Shown in pieces: positions 1 to 9,604 of a DNA stretch of 64,000 nucleotides. The notes below the pieces were generated by a model. That model made no database searches. It was not told where the DNA came from and saw only the letters and a program-made list of their open reading frames with translations. Origin of the DNA: Nitrospirota bacterium (GTDB lineage: Bacteria > Nitrospirota > UBA9217); contig CAVVUN010000002.1 in assembly GCA_963751455.1 (NCBI GenBank), positions 320,001-384,000 of the forward strand, given 5' to 3'. Made by a program: the position numbers and the translations under genes. Each line of letters opens with the position of its first letter. The first letter of the stretch is position 1.

Positions 1-464
1 CGCTCGATGTTCTGGCCGAACTCGGGATTAAAGGCCCTGATGTAATCGGCCTCGCAAAAGCACGGAGCGGGGAGGAGGGGTCCGTTCGCGAATTCGAACG
101 CGTCTTCCTGCCGGGTGTTGAAGAGCCGATCATTCTTGAGCCAACCGACGCTGCCACACACCTGGTCGCGAGGGTAAGAGATGAAGCGCATCGTTTTGCG
201 ATCACGTATCATCGCACGCTGCGCGACAGGAGGGCTGTACATTCTGAACTCGATGATATCCCGGGCATCGGAGAAGTCAGGAAAAAAGCATTGCTCAGGC
301 ATTTCGCCAGCGTTGAGAAGATCAGGCAGGCGACGCTAGAAGAGCTGTGCGCGGTCAAGGGAATGTCAAAGAAGGCGGCGGAGGAAATATCTAATTACTT
401 CCATGGGAACAGGGGTCAGGGTTCAGGGGTCAGGGGAGTCAAGATACAATCGGAGGGGACATGA
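1..464 (+). CDS. uvrC: Excinuclease ABC subunit C, C-terminal part (5' end outside window)
   Basis: Frame 3 reads IGLAK...RVRDEAHRFAITYHR...LDDIPGIGEVRKKALLRHF (RNase H-like end plus HhH); stop TGA at 462-464. Confidence 0.93.
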   Translation, partial: LDVLAELGIKGPDVIGLAKARSGEEGSVREFERVFLPGVEEPIILEPTDAATHLVARVRDEAHRFAITYHRTLRDRRAVHSELDDIPGIGEVRKKALLRHFASVEKIRQATLEELCAVKGMSKKAAEEISNYFHGNRGQGSGVRGVKIQSEGT

Positions 465-579
465 AAGGGGAAAAATCCTCAATGATCAGTTGGGACACGG
501 AAGAATCGGATTTACCGGATAAAAATCTGATAATTCAATTGCCTTTTGACGAATTTGTGACGAATACAATCGTCACACG

Positions 580-1061
580 GTTAAGGGCTTTCGGGATTTG
601 ATCGTATGGAAACGAGCTTACGATTTGGCCTTGGATCTTTATCGTGCGACAAAAAAATTTCCTAAAGAAGAAATGTATGGAATGACTTCCCAAATTCAAA
701 GAGCGGCAGTCTCGGTGCCCGCCAATATTGCGGAAGGTTATGAACGAAATCATAGAAAAGAATATCTTCAATTTCTGTAATTACTCAGGTCATTTTTTTA
801 TCCGCAGATTACGCAGATTTCGCAGATAAAAACAAAACCAGAATTTCGGTTTTAGAATCTGCGTCAATCTGCGAAATCTGCGGATAGAAGGGCTTTTTCT
901 TAGATTTGTCTTAATGCTGTTCTGAAAAGAAGCTGAATAGTTACCAGTTTCTTTTTATCGCAAAGGGTTCATTGGGAGAACTTGATACGTATCTGTTATT
1001 GGCACGAGACTTGGGTTATATGGGCAAAATGCTTCAAGGACTGATAAAATCTTTGTCATGA
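580..1061 (+). pseudogene. Four-helix-bundle protein (23S rRNA IVS / TIGR02436-like), interrupted by a MITE
   Basis: VKGFRDLIVW...FPKEEMYGMTSQIQRAAVSVPANIAEG...EYLQFL (580-777), resuming at 945 as QFLFIAKGSLGELDTYLLLARDLGY...KMLQGLIKSLS*. Confidence 0.85.
777..944. mobile_element. 168-bp MITE with terminal inverted repeats
   Basis: GTAATTACTCAG (777-788) and CTGAATAGTTAC (933-944) match 10/12 as inverted repeats; flanked by CAATTTCT / CAGTTTCT target duplication; internal CGCAGAT nonamer hairpin at 799-886. Confidence 0.8.
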
Positions 1062-1113
1062 TATTATTTGTTAATCTGGACCCTGAACCCTGAGTATATT
1101 TAAAGGAGTCATC

Positions 1114-1926
1114 ATGACCAACGAACAATGGCTTTCCGTTTTTAAAGAGATAGGGAAACGAATGCGGCAGGAAGTTTCCTCGATTATCGGCAAGGAAGGC
1201 GGCGCGGTACCGCTTGGAAAAGGAGCGGGCGGCGATAAAACGTTCCCGATCGACAAATGGGCCGAGGATATAGTCGTTTCTGCCTTGGAAAAGGTTCACG
1301 GGAATGGCGAGTCGTTCACGCTGATATCGGAGGAACTGGGTATACGCAAGTTCGGCGAGGGAAAGAAGATCGTGCTCGTTGACCCGATCGACGGCAGCAA
1401 CAATGCAAAAACCGGCTTGCCTTTTTTCTCGTTATCAATGGCGCTCCTGAACGGCGATACGCTTTCGGATCTTGAAGCGGCATATGTTGTCAATCTTGCC
1501 ATGGGAGACGAGTTCTGGGCGCTTCGCGGACAAGGCGCGTACAAGAACGGAAAACGGATACGGACCTCCTCGGCTGAAGGAATTACGATCGTTTCGTATG
1601 AGGCCTCTTCTCCGGGAGCGGACATTCCCCGTCTTATGCCTCTCTTCAGCCTGGCAAAGAGGACCCGCTGCTTAGGATCAGTCGCGCTGGACCTGTGTTA
1701 CGTAGCCTCGGGCGCGCTCAGTCTGCTCGTTATAGCGAATCCGGCCCGGAGCTTTGATTATGCAGCGGGAATGCTTATTACCAAGGAGGCGGACGGCGTC
1801 GTCACCGATATAGAGGGAACACCCATAGATTCGGTTGCGGCCGGCCTCCAAAGAACAGTGCCCTTGATTGCGAGCGCCAATGAGCGGGTACACCGGGCGG
1901 CGCTGGAAGCGCTTGCTCGCGCTTGA
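1114..1926 (+). CDS. Inositol monophosphatase / bifunctional FBPase-IMPase family protein
   Basis: SEE, DPIDGSNN, RCLGSVALDL and DYAAG motifs; GAGGDKT is typical of the archaeal-like type. Confidence 0.88.
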   Translation: MTNEQWLSVFKEIGKRMRQEVSSIIGKEGGAVPLGKGAGGDKTFPIDKWAEDIVVSALEKVHGNGESFTLISEELGIRKFGEGKKIVLVDPIDGSNNAKTGLPFFSLSMALLNGDTLSDLEAAYVVNLAMGDEFWALRGQGAYKNGKRIRTSSAEGITIVSYEASSPGADIPRLMPLFSLAKRTRCLGSVALDLCYVASGALSLLVIANPARSFDYAAGMLITKEADGVVTDIEGTPIDSVAAGLQRTVPLIASANERVHRAALEALARA

Positions 1927-2080
1927 TAAAGGCGGCTCAAAGCCCTGAAAACAGAGTGTACATGCAGACAGAAAAATTATTAAGCTTCGCGCCATGCGCT
2001 ATGCTCTTTGCACTTTCATTTTGGCGGCCTGATCCTGAAGTATTGACATAGAATTCTATTTATGTAATTATGGAACAATT

Positions 2081-3004
2081 ATGGCTTTAGTCAATCATAC
2101 TACGCGTGAAATAAACGCCAAGATCGTTTATTACGGACCGGGCCTCTGCGGGAAAACCACCAATATCCATCTCATCTATCACCGGATCGCTCCTGGCCAG
2201 CGTGGAAAGCTCATCTCGCTTGCAACAGAGACGGACCGCACACTGTTTTTCGATTTTCTGCCGGTAGAACTCGGTACGATAAAAAATTACAAAGTGCGCT
2301 TCCATCTCTATACCGTGCCTGGTCAGGTTTTTTATAATGCCACCCGGAAGCTCGTCCTGAAGGGAGCGGACGGCGTGATCTTCGTTGCGGATTCCCAGCG
2401 CGCCATGATCGATGCAAATATCGAGAGCATGGCGAATCTTCGCGATAATTTTGCCGATCAGGGCATCGATCTCAGTACATTTCCCATAGTGATTCAATAC
2501 AATAAAAGAGACCTGCCGGATATCATGTCGATCGAGGAACTGAATGCCGCGATCAATCCCCGGAACGTGCCTTTTTACGAGGCGGTGGCTATGACGGGTG
2601 AAGGCGTGCTCAAAACGTTCACTGCAATTTCCAAACTCGTGCTTCAGGATATGCAGAAGAACCCGGAACGCCATAACTTCACGCTGGGCGACATTATCGG
2701 CAAAGCAGAAAGACAGCCTCTCTCGGGGAATGAGGCCGTGAAGGAGTCAATTCCGGAAGAACCTTCAATGCACGGCGCACCGATGGCAGAAGCGAAGCCG
2801 GAAATGGTTGCGCTCGAAGAAGCAGTGGATGCCGGAATGAAAGTGAACCTTGGCAAGCCGTTCATGGAGGACAGGCAGATAATTCTCCCTTTTGACGTTT
2901 TGACGAATAACAAGGAAGACCAGTTTCAGCTCCGTGTTTCCATTGACATGGAGGCGCCCCTCGCTAAACGCTTTAAAGTAGTCGTCAAGAATTTCAGAAA
3001 ATAA
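2081..3004 (+). CDS. MglA-like small GTPase with ~110-aa C-terminal extension
   Basis: KIVYYGPGLCGKTTN, TDRTLFFDF, YTVPGQV, NKRD. Confidence 0.88.
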   Translation: MALVNHTTREINAKIVYYGPGLCGKTTNIHLIYHRIAPGQRGKLISLATETDRTLFFDFLPVELGTIKNYKVRFHLYTVPGQVFYNATRKLVLKGADGVIFVADSQRAMIDANIESMANLRDNFADQGIDLSTFPIVIQYNKRDLPDIMSIEELNAAINPRNVPFYEAVAMTGEGVLKTFTAISKLVLQDMQKNPERHNFTLGDIIGKAERQPLSGNEAVKESIPEEPSMHGAPMAEAKPEMVALEEAVDAGMKVNLGKPFMEDRQIILPFDVLTNNKEDQFQLRVSIDMEAPLAKRFKVVVKNFRK

Positions 3005-3094
3005 TCAACCGCCGTTTGAGAAAAGCGGCGGGGAAGGCGAGAGAGCGGGAGGAGCCCTTTTCCCGACCCCTTACCGCCTCGGCTTTTTTTTAAC

Positions 3095-3784
3095 ATGTCC
3101 AAGGTAACGGCACTCATACCAGCGGCAGGCATGGGCAGGAGGATGGGACAGGCGGTTGCCAAGCAGTTCCTGCCTCTCGGCGATAAACCTATGCTTGCAC
3201 ACACCCTTCTCGTGTTTCAGCGAGCCTCCGAGATCGACGAAATCATCCCGATCCTTTCCAAGGAAGACATGGAAAGCTGTCTCAGAGACGTAATCGAGCA
3301 ATATCATATTACAAAAGTAAAAACCCTTGTCGTAGGCGGGAAAGAGCGTCAGGATTCAGTAATGAACGGGCTGCAAAAGCTGGAGAAGGACGCCTCGGTC
3401 GTGCTCGTACATGACGGCGTACGACCGTTTGTAACCATTGATATGATCAGCGAAAGCGTGGAGCTTGCAAAAAAAGGCGAGTGTATTGCCGTCGGTGTTC
3501 CGCTGAAAGACACGGTCAAGGAAGTGGACGATAAGCGGATCGTCCGCCACACGCTGGAGCGGAGCAGGCTTTGGGCGATACAGACTCCGCAGACATTTCC
3601 GGTCAAAATATTGAAACGGGCATATGATGAGTCGTATAAGCATCGCGCCTACGGAACCGATGACGCAATGCTTGTGGAGCGGGCGGGCGGCAAAGTCCGG
3701 GTCATCATGGGGAGTTACGAGAATATCAAGATCACGACACCCGAGGATCTTATCCTGGCAGAGGAGATCTTGAAAAGAAGATAG
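3095..3784 (+). CDS. ispD: 2-C-methyl-D-erythritol 4-phosphate cytidylyltransferase
   Basis: IPAAGMGRRM, GGKERQDSV, VHDGVRP, QTPQ, NIKITTPED. Confidence 0.95.
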   Translation: MSKVTALIPAAGMGRRMGQAVAKQFLPLGDKPMLAHTLLVFQRASEIDEIIPILSKEDMESCLRDVIEQYHITKVKTLVVGGKERQDSVMNGLQKLEKDASVVLVHDGVRPFVTIDMISESVELAKKGECIAVGVPLKDTVKEVDDKRIVRHTLERSRLWAIQTPQTFPVKILKRAYDESYKHRAYGTDDAMLVERAGGKVRVIMGSYENIKITTPEDLILAEEILKRR

Positions 3785-3826
3785 CGGAAAAAATCTTAAA
3801 TTTCGAATAACTAATTTCAAAAACCT

Positions 3827-4005
3827 TTATCCGCAGATTTCGCAGATTGCGCAGATAAAAATTCTTCTGAATGAAAATACCAGAATTAAATTTTAATTTT
3901 GAAGGGCGAAAACGGGCTTTCTTGATGTGTTTTTGAGTTCTTCGTGTTTTTTCTCAAACCAGGTGTTTTGCTTTCATCTGTGTAATCTGCGTAATCTGCG
4001 GATAA
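3827..4005. repeat. Nonamer (CGCAGATTn) inverted-arm hairpin element
   Basis: TTATCCGCAGATTTCGCAGATTGCGCAGAT...ATCTGTGTAATCTGCGTAATCTGCGGATAA; same family as 799-886. Confidence 0.8.
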
Positions 4006-4026
4006 TGTTAAAAGAGGTCTTATATC

Positions 4027-4525
4027 GTGATCAGAATCGGAACTGGCTACGATGTCCATCGCCTTGCCGAAGGCAGAAAAACTTATTGTCGGCGGTGTGG
4101 AAATCCCTTTTGAAAAAGGGTTGCTGGGGCACTCGGACGCCGATGTGCTGATACACGCCGTTTGCGATGCGCTGCTGGGCGCAGCCGGCCTCGGAGACAT
4201 AGGACGGCATTTTCCGGATAGTGAACCCAAGTATAAGGGTATATCGAGCCTGGCTCTTCTTGCCGAAGTGCATCATTTGCTGAGCAAGGACGGTTACCGG
4301 GTGAACAATATCGATTCCACGATCGTGGCTGAACGTCCGAAAATGGCGCCTCATATACCGGCGATGGAGGATAACATCGCATCTACGATCAAGATCAACC
4401 GGACCGCCGTTAATGTTAAAGCCACGACCACAGAAGGGCTCGGATTCTGCGGCAAGGGGGAAGGCATCGCGGCCTACGCTGTATGTACCATAAGTCAGGA
4501 CGATCAGCGGGATTCACGGAAATAA
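4027..4525 (+). CDS. ispF: 2-C-methyl-D-erythritol 2,4-cyclodiphosphate synthase (apparent +1 frameshift near 4077-4081)
   Basis: [15 protein letters not shown] in one frame; LIVGGV..GHSDADV..DIGRHFP..VKATTTE in the next; extra A in an A-run. Confidence 0.9.
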
Positions 4526-4546
4526 GCAATTCCAAATGAGGAACCG

Positions 4547-5116
4547 ATGCGCATTATCAATAGCGCAGCGATTTTATTGCTGCTTGCAATTTCGTCATCT
4601 TTTGCCGTGGACGGCTCGGAAACCGGAGACAACGCTCGGAAGAAGTATTTCTATCAATGGGTTGACAATAGCGGCGAAGTCCACATAAACGACGATCTCG
4701 GCAAAGTACCCGAACAATACCGTGAACAGGCGCGAAAAATAGAGAATGCGAAGATTGATCAAGCTTCTCCCTCAGTACAGCAAGCCCCGGAAAAGTTTCA
4801 ACCATCCGCGGGAGCCGATGCAAAAGCCGACGAGGCTGCCAGATCGGAATGGAAGGGGCGGCTTGGCGACTGGAAAGACCGGCTGCTGGAAGCAAAGACA
4901 CAGTACAGGGACCTTGACCGGGAATACAAAGAATTACTGGGACGATGGGGCTCGCTTGCCCTTGCCCCTGGTCAGGACAGGCTGAAGGCGCAACAGATAG
5001 AGCAGCGCATGAAGGAAGTTCAGAAGGAGATCGACGAGGCGAGAAACATGATTGAAGTAGTTATTCCGGAAGAGGCGCGAAAGGCCGGAGTGCCGCCGGG
5101 GTGGCTGAGGGAATAG
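4547..5116 (+). CDS. Secreted DUF4124-like coiled-coil protein
   Basis: Signal peptide, YQWVDNSGEVH.ND...VPEQYR, C-terminal ARKAGVPPGWLR. Confidence 0.7.
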   Translation: MRIINSAAILLLLAISSSFAVDGSETGDNARKKYFYQWVDNSGEVHINDDLGKVPEQYREQARKIENAKIDQASPSVQQAPEKFQPSAGADAKADEAARSEWKGRLGDWKDRLLEAKTQYRDLDREYKELLGRWGSLALAPGQDRLKAQQIEQRMKEVQKEIDEARNMIEVVIPEEARKAGVPPGWLRE

Positions 5117-5209
5117 GATATGCGAGCAGATGCGGACCGTGGATTGGCGTTCCGGACGGCGACGCGGTCGCCTTGATCCACAAAGGCGAGACTGAAGAGA
5201 GTTCTGCTG

Positions 5210-5870
5210 ATGAAGGAAACGTGTCGAAAAATAAAGATGGATTTTCAGGCCGCACTTGCGATGGACCCTGCCGCGACGAGCAGGATCGAAGTCGCCCTTA
5301 CCTACGCGGGATTTCACGCACTCCTTTTCTATCGGTTTGGACATTGGATGTGCAAGAAGCGCATTCCGTTCATTCCGCGCGCTCTGTCTCAATTCGCGCG
5401 GTTTATAACCGGCATCGAGATTCATCCTGCAGCAGTCATCGGCTCCGGCCTGTTCATCGATCACGGCATGGGAGTCGTTATCGGTGAAACGACGGAGATT
5501 GGTGACAATGTAACGCTTTTTCAGGGGGTAACGCTCGGCGGGTACCGGGAAGCAGCGTGGAAAACGCCATCCGACTCTGGGGAACCACGTCGTAGTGGGC
5601 GCCGGAGCAAAAGTGCTCGGCCCGATCAGGATAGGGAACTACGTCAAGATCGGAGCGAATTCAGTCTTGCTTCAGGATGTGCCTGACCATTCGACTGTTG
5701 TCGGGTATCCCGGGAAAGATCGTGAGGATCAAGGACGAGCGCGTAGCCGACGAAGCGCTTATGGATCACATCCATATCCCTGACCCGATCGCAGACCGCT
5801 TTATCGATCTTCAGCTTCAGATCGACAATTTAAAAAAGGAATTAGAGAGAGCCAGAAAGAGCAGCATAGA
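5210..5870 (+). CDS. cysE: Serine O-acetyltransferase (two apparent +1 frameshifts near 5540 and 5704; 3' end uncertain)
   Basis: [36 protein letters not shown] / [26 protein letters not shown] / GIPGKIV..PDPI spread over three frames. Confidence 0.85.
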
Positions 5871-5936
5871 AATAACGCATGATCCGGAATCGTCACAGGA
5901 TCTGCCTCCATCATGTATCTTGTATCGTGCATCATA

Positions 5937-6355
5937 TCATCTCTCTACGATTTTGAAGCTGTGTGTAATAGTGCCGGTTTTTGCGAGCGTTGCTCCTACA
6001 GCGCAGTATTTTTCAAGCGAGAGCAAAATGGCGCGTTCCACGGCTTCCTTTTCGACGCCTTTGCCTTTTACGATATACTCGATATGAATTTCCTTGTATA
6101 CCTTCGGGAACGAATCGGTTTTTTCGCCCTTTACATTGATTTCCATGCCCGTAATTGACTGGCGTTTCTTTCGCAGGATTGAAATTACATCCATCCCCGA
6201 GCACCCTCCAAAACCCACAAGGAGCAATTCGGTAGGACGGAAACCGGCATTATTGCCGCCGATTTATCATCCGCGTCCATAGAAAGGGTATGACCTGATG
6301 TTGCAGTTCCGATAAAATGCATGTCCCGGACAAGATTAACTTTAGCTTCAACCAT
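5937..6355 (-). CDS. OsmC/YhfA family protein (apparent frameshift near 6262)
   Basis: MVEAKV..GTATSGHTLSMD then GGNNAGFRPTELLL..GGCSGMDV..SLEKYCAV. Confidence 0.82.
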
Positions 6356-6717
6356 TTATTGTTCTCCAATCTGCGGGCAAATAGTAACAGATGTTTCTAA
6401 AACAGTCAATCCAGCAGTAAAAAATTATATTGGTGGAAAATATTGTTAAGAAAAAAGTATGATGAATTAGGGTTTTGCCAATACATGGCCCTCATATTAA
6501 AAAATATAAAATTAACATTTAATGCAACTTTATTAGTTAATAACTTGTTTAATATTGAAACTTTGAGTTTGTCGCCGGATAAAACCTGATTCCGATCAGT
6601 AAAACAAATTGTATTAGACTTATTTTTATACCTTAAGTCTCTGTATTTATTTAATGTTATTTATATATTCTAAAAAGTAAAATTATAGATGGTTATGGTT
6701 CAATTAGTTTTTTTAAT

Positions 6718-6746
6718 TTGACTAAAAATTGTAGTGAACATACAAT
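6718..6746 (+). promoter_or_regulatory. Sigma70-type promoter of the dsr operon with an overlapping palindrome
   Basis: TTGACT-17bp-TACAAT; ATTGTA-N7-TACAAT inverted repeat at 6728-6746; very AT-rich upstream DNA. Confidence 0.6.
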
Positions 6747-7009
6747 CGGATGTCTGAAAGTGACTTAATTTTATTTCACTCTCGGCTGATGTTTTTTCTG
6801 ACCTGCCCACCTCATTTCATAATAAAACCTTTTGAAAGAAAGGGGGACCGATCTGACACTTGATGGGAGTAGTTCCCGGATGATTTTATCTTCCGTGAGG
6901 AAGTTGTTCACGGAACCATGAATGAATCCACGACAAGATACACAGCGAGATTTTATGATCTTAGACTTGACGACGACAAGTGAAATAATTTTATAAGGAG
7001 GATTTCCTA

Positions 7010-8189
7010 ATGAGCAAAGATGGCAAGACACCGATGCTTGACGAACTGGAAAAAGGCGCATGGCCGAGTTTCGTAAAAGAGATCAAGAAGGCCGCAAAGA
7101 AGAGTAATACGGCCCAAGATCTTCTCAACATCCTTGAGAGATCATACAGGGATAAAGTTACCCACTGGAAGCACGGCGGTATCGTGGGCGTCCTTGGTTA
7201 CGGCGGCGGCGTTATCGGCCGTTACTGCGACCTTCCCGAGGAATATCCGGGCGTCGCTCACTTCCACACCGTTCGTATCAACCAGCCCGCCGGCTTCTAC
7301 TATACGTCGAGCGCGCTTCGTGAGCTCATGGATATCTGGGACAAATACGGCAGCGGCCTGACGAACATGCACGGGTCCACCGGCGACCTCGTCCTCCTCG
7401 GCACGCAGACCGACAAGCTCGAGCCCATCTTCGCGGAAACAACGGCAAAGGGCTGGGACCTCGGCGGCTCCGGCTCCTGCCTCCGTACCCCGAGCTGCTG
7501 TGCCGGCAAATCCCGCTGCGAGTTCGCGAACATCGACACCATGGAGATCTGCGATACGCTCACCCATAAGTTCCAGGATGAGCTCCATCGTCCCGCGTTC
7601 CCCTACAAGTTCAAGATCAAGGTCTCGGGCTGCGCCAACGACTGCGTTGCCTCCATTGCCCGCGCTGATATGTCCATCATCGGCACGTGGCGCGACACCA
7701 TTCGCATTGATCAGGCCGAGGTGAAGAACTACATCCAAGAGCATGAATATCGCCGAAGAGATCGTCGGCATGTGTCCGACAAAATGCATGAGCTTCGACG
7801 GCAGCACGCTCAAGATCAACGACAAAGACTGCAGCCGCTGCATGCACTGTATCAATCAGATGCCCAAGGCGCTGCGCCCCGGAAAAGAGCAAGGCGCGAC
7901 CATCATGCTCGGCGGCAAGGCCCCGATCGTGACCGGCGCTCTCATGAGCTGGGTTATCGTTCCTTTCATGAAGCTTGAAAAGCCGTATGATAATCTGGAA
8001 GAACTCATCCGCAAGTTGTGGGAATGGTGGGATGACCACGGCAAGAACCGCGAGCGTATCGGCGAACTTGTCGACCGTCTCGGCATGAAGTCCATGCTTG
8101 ACGCAACCGGTCTCCAGGCAGTACCCCAGATGGTGAAAGCCCCCAGGTCGAACCCGTACGTATTCTGGTCACCGGAAGACGTGAAATAA
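7010..8189 (+). CDS. dsrA: Dissimilatory sulfite reductase alpha subunit (apparent +1 frameshift near 7735)
   Basis: [11 protein letters not shown], siroheme CLRTPSCC and [13 protein letters not shown]; ferredoxin part CPTKC..CSRCMHC..RERIGE..PRSNPY in the second frame. Confidence 0.95.
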
Positions 8190-8208
8190 CTTAAGGAGGA
8201 TAACTTAG

Positions 8209-9282
8209 ATGGCTGACAAACCGAAGAGAATAACCGATATAGGAGCTCCTCACTTTAGCAAATTTTTGCCTCCCGTGATCACCAAGAACTACGGGAAATG
8301 GAAATACCATGAAATTATCAACAAAGGCGCGATGAAGCATGTCTCCGAGACCGGAGACGAGCTTTATACGGTTCGTATGGCATCACCCCGTCTCGTGAGC
8401 AGCGATTTTATCCGCGAGTTATGCGAAATCGCCGATAAATTCTCGGGAGGGCATCTGCGCTTCACGACGCGTAACAACGTCGAGTTCTTTCCTGCCAAGG
8501 ATCAGGTAGCGCCTCTCCAGGCCGAACTCAAGAAGCGCGGCCACCTGTCCGGCGGTATCGGCTACGGCATCAGCAACGTGGTGCACACCCAGGGCTGGAT
8601 CCACTGCCATACCCCGGCAACGGATGCTTCGGGCGTCGTGAAAGCCGTCATGGACGAACTCCATGAATATTTCACGACCAAGACGCTCCCGGCCCGTGTA
8701 CGTATCGCGCTCGCCTGCTGCCTGAATATGTGCGGCGCGGTTCATTGTTCCGACATCGCAATTCTCGGCATTCACCGCAAGCCCCCGAAGGTGAACGAGA
8801 AGACGATTGGCAACCAGTGCGAAATTCCTACGACTATCGCTTCCTGTCCCACGGGCGCCATCAGCCCGAACCCGGCAGCCAAGTCGGTGAAGATCAAGGA
8901 AGAGCGCTGCATGTATTGCGGTAACTGCTACACGATGTGTCCGTCTCTCCCGCTCGCTGATGCAACCGGTGACGGCATCTCGATCTGGGTCGGCGGCAAG
9001 GTGTCGAACGCACGCGGCCCGGCGCGTATGTCCAAGCTGGCCATCCCGTTCCTCCCGAACAATCCTCCGCGCTGGCCGGAAGTCGTTAATGCGGTGAAGC
9101 ATCTTGTTGAAGTTTACGCCAAGGATGCCCGCAAGCACGAACGTGTAGGCGAGTGGATCGAGCGCATAGGCTGGGAGCGTTTCTTCAAAATAACAGGAAT
9201 CGCGTTTACTCAGATGCATATCGACGATTTCACCTTTGCACGCGATACGTTCAGAATGACCCCGACCTTCAAGTGGGAATAG
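8209..9282 (+). CDS. dsrB: Dissimilatory sulfite reductase beta subunit
   Basis: [45 protein letters not shown]. Confidence 0.97.
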   Translation: MADKPKRITDIGAPHFSKFLPPVITKNYGKWKYHEIINKGAMKHVSETGDELYTVRMASPRLVSSDFIRELCEIADKFSGGHLRFTTRNNVEFFPAKDQVAPLQAELKKRGHLSGGIGYGISNVVHTQGWIHCHTPATDASGVVKAVMDELHEYFTTKTLPARVRIALACCLNMCGAVHCSDIAILGIHRKPPKVNEKTIGNQCEIPTTIASCPTGAISPNPAAKSVKIKEERCMYCGNCYTMCPSLPLADATGDGISIWVGGKVSNARGPARMSKLAIPFLPNNPPRWPEVVNAVKHLVEVYAKDARKHERVGEWIERIGWERFFKITGIAFTQMHIDDFTFARDTFRMTPTFKWE

Positions 9283-9367
9283 TGGAATAACGTCATGTCG
9301 GCCCCGGTTATTATGGACCGGGGCCGGCTTTTATGATGACCTGAGCAACTAAATGGAGGGGACGAAT

Positions 9368-9604
9368 ATGGATGCTGAAGAACTGCAGAAAAAAGTATAT
9401 GCGCTGGTTGAAAAGAGCCAGGGCAAAAAAAAGCTGAAACCCAAGGACATCAGCAATGCCATGGAGGCCGAAGGCGCGACACAGGCTGAGACAAAAGCCG
9501 CGCTCCGCGAACTGATAGACGGCGGCAAACTGGTGTATTCGTATTTCGGCGGTACCGCCGTCGAGATTCCGCACACTGAAGGTTCGGCCAATCCGCAATC
9601 CTGA
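9368..9604 (+). CDS. dsrD: DsrD (winged-helix activator of DsrAB)
   Basis: 78-aa gene between dsrB and dsrN; KKKLKPKD..LIDGGKLVYSYFGG. Confidence 0.75.
   Translation: MDAEELQKKVYALVEKSQGKKKLKPKDISNAMEAEGATQAETKAALRELIDGGKLVYSYFGGTAVEIPHTEGSANPQS

Larger units (their letters stand above)
411..1093. repeat. Inverted heptamer-repeat arms flanking the four-helix-bundle gene
   Basis: AGGGGTCAGGGTTCAGGGGTCAGGGG at 411-436; reverse-complement arm CTGGACCCTGAACCCTGA at 1076-1093. Confidence 0.75.

Noticed and set aside
580-1061. Diversity-generating retroelement suggested by the Avd-like gene
   Set aside because: No reverse transcriptase in the window; the Rhs repeat differences are not adenine-specific and look synonymous.
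7730-7745. Programmed frameshift or naturally split dsrA
   Set aside because: No slippery heptamer; neighbouring genes have similar single-base indels, so error is more likely.
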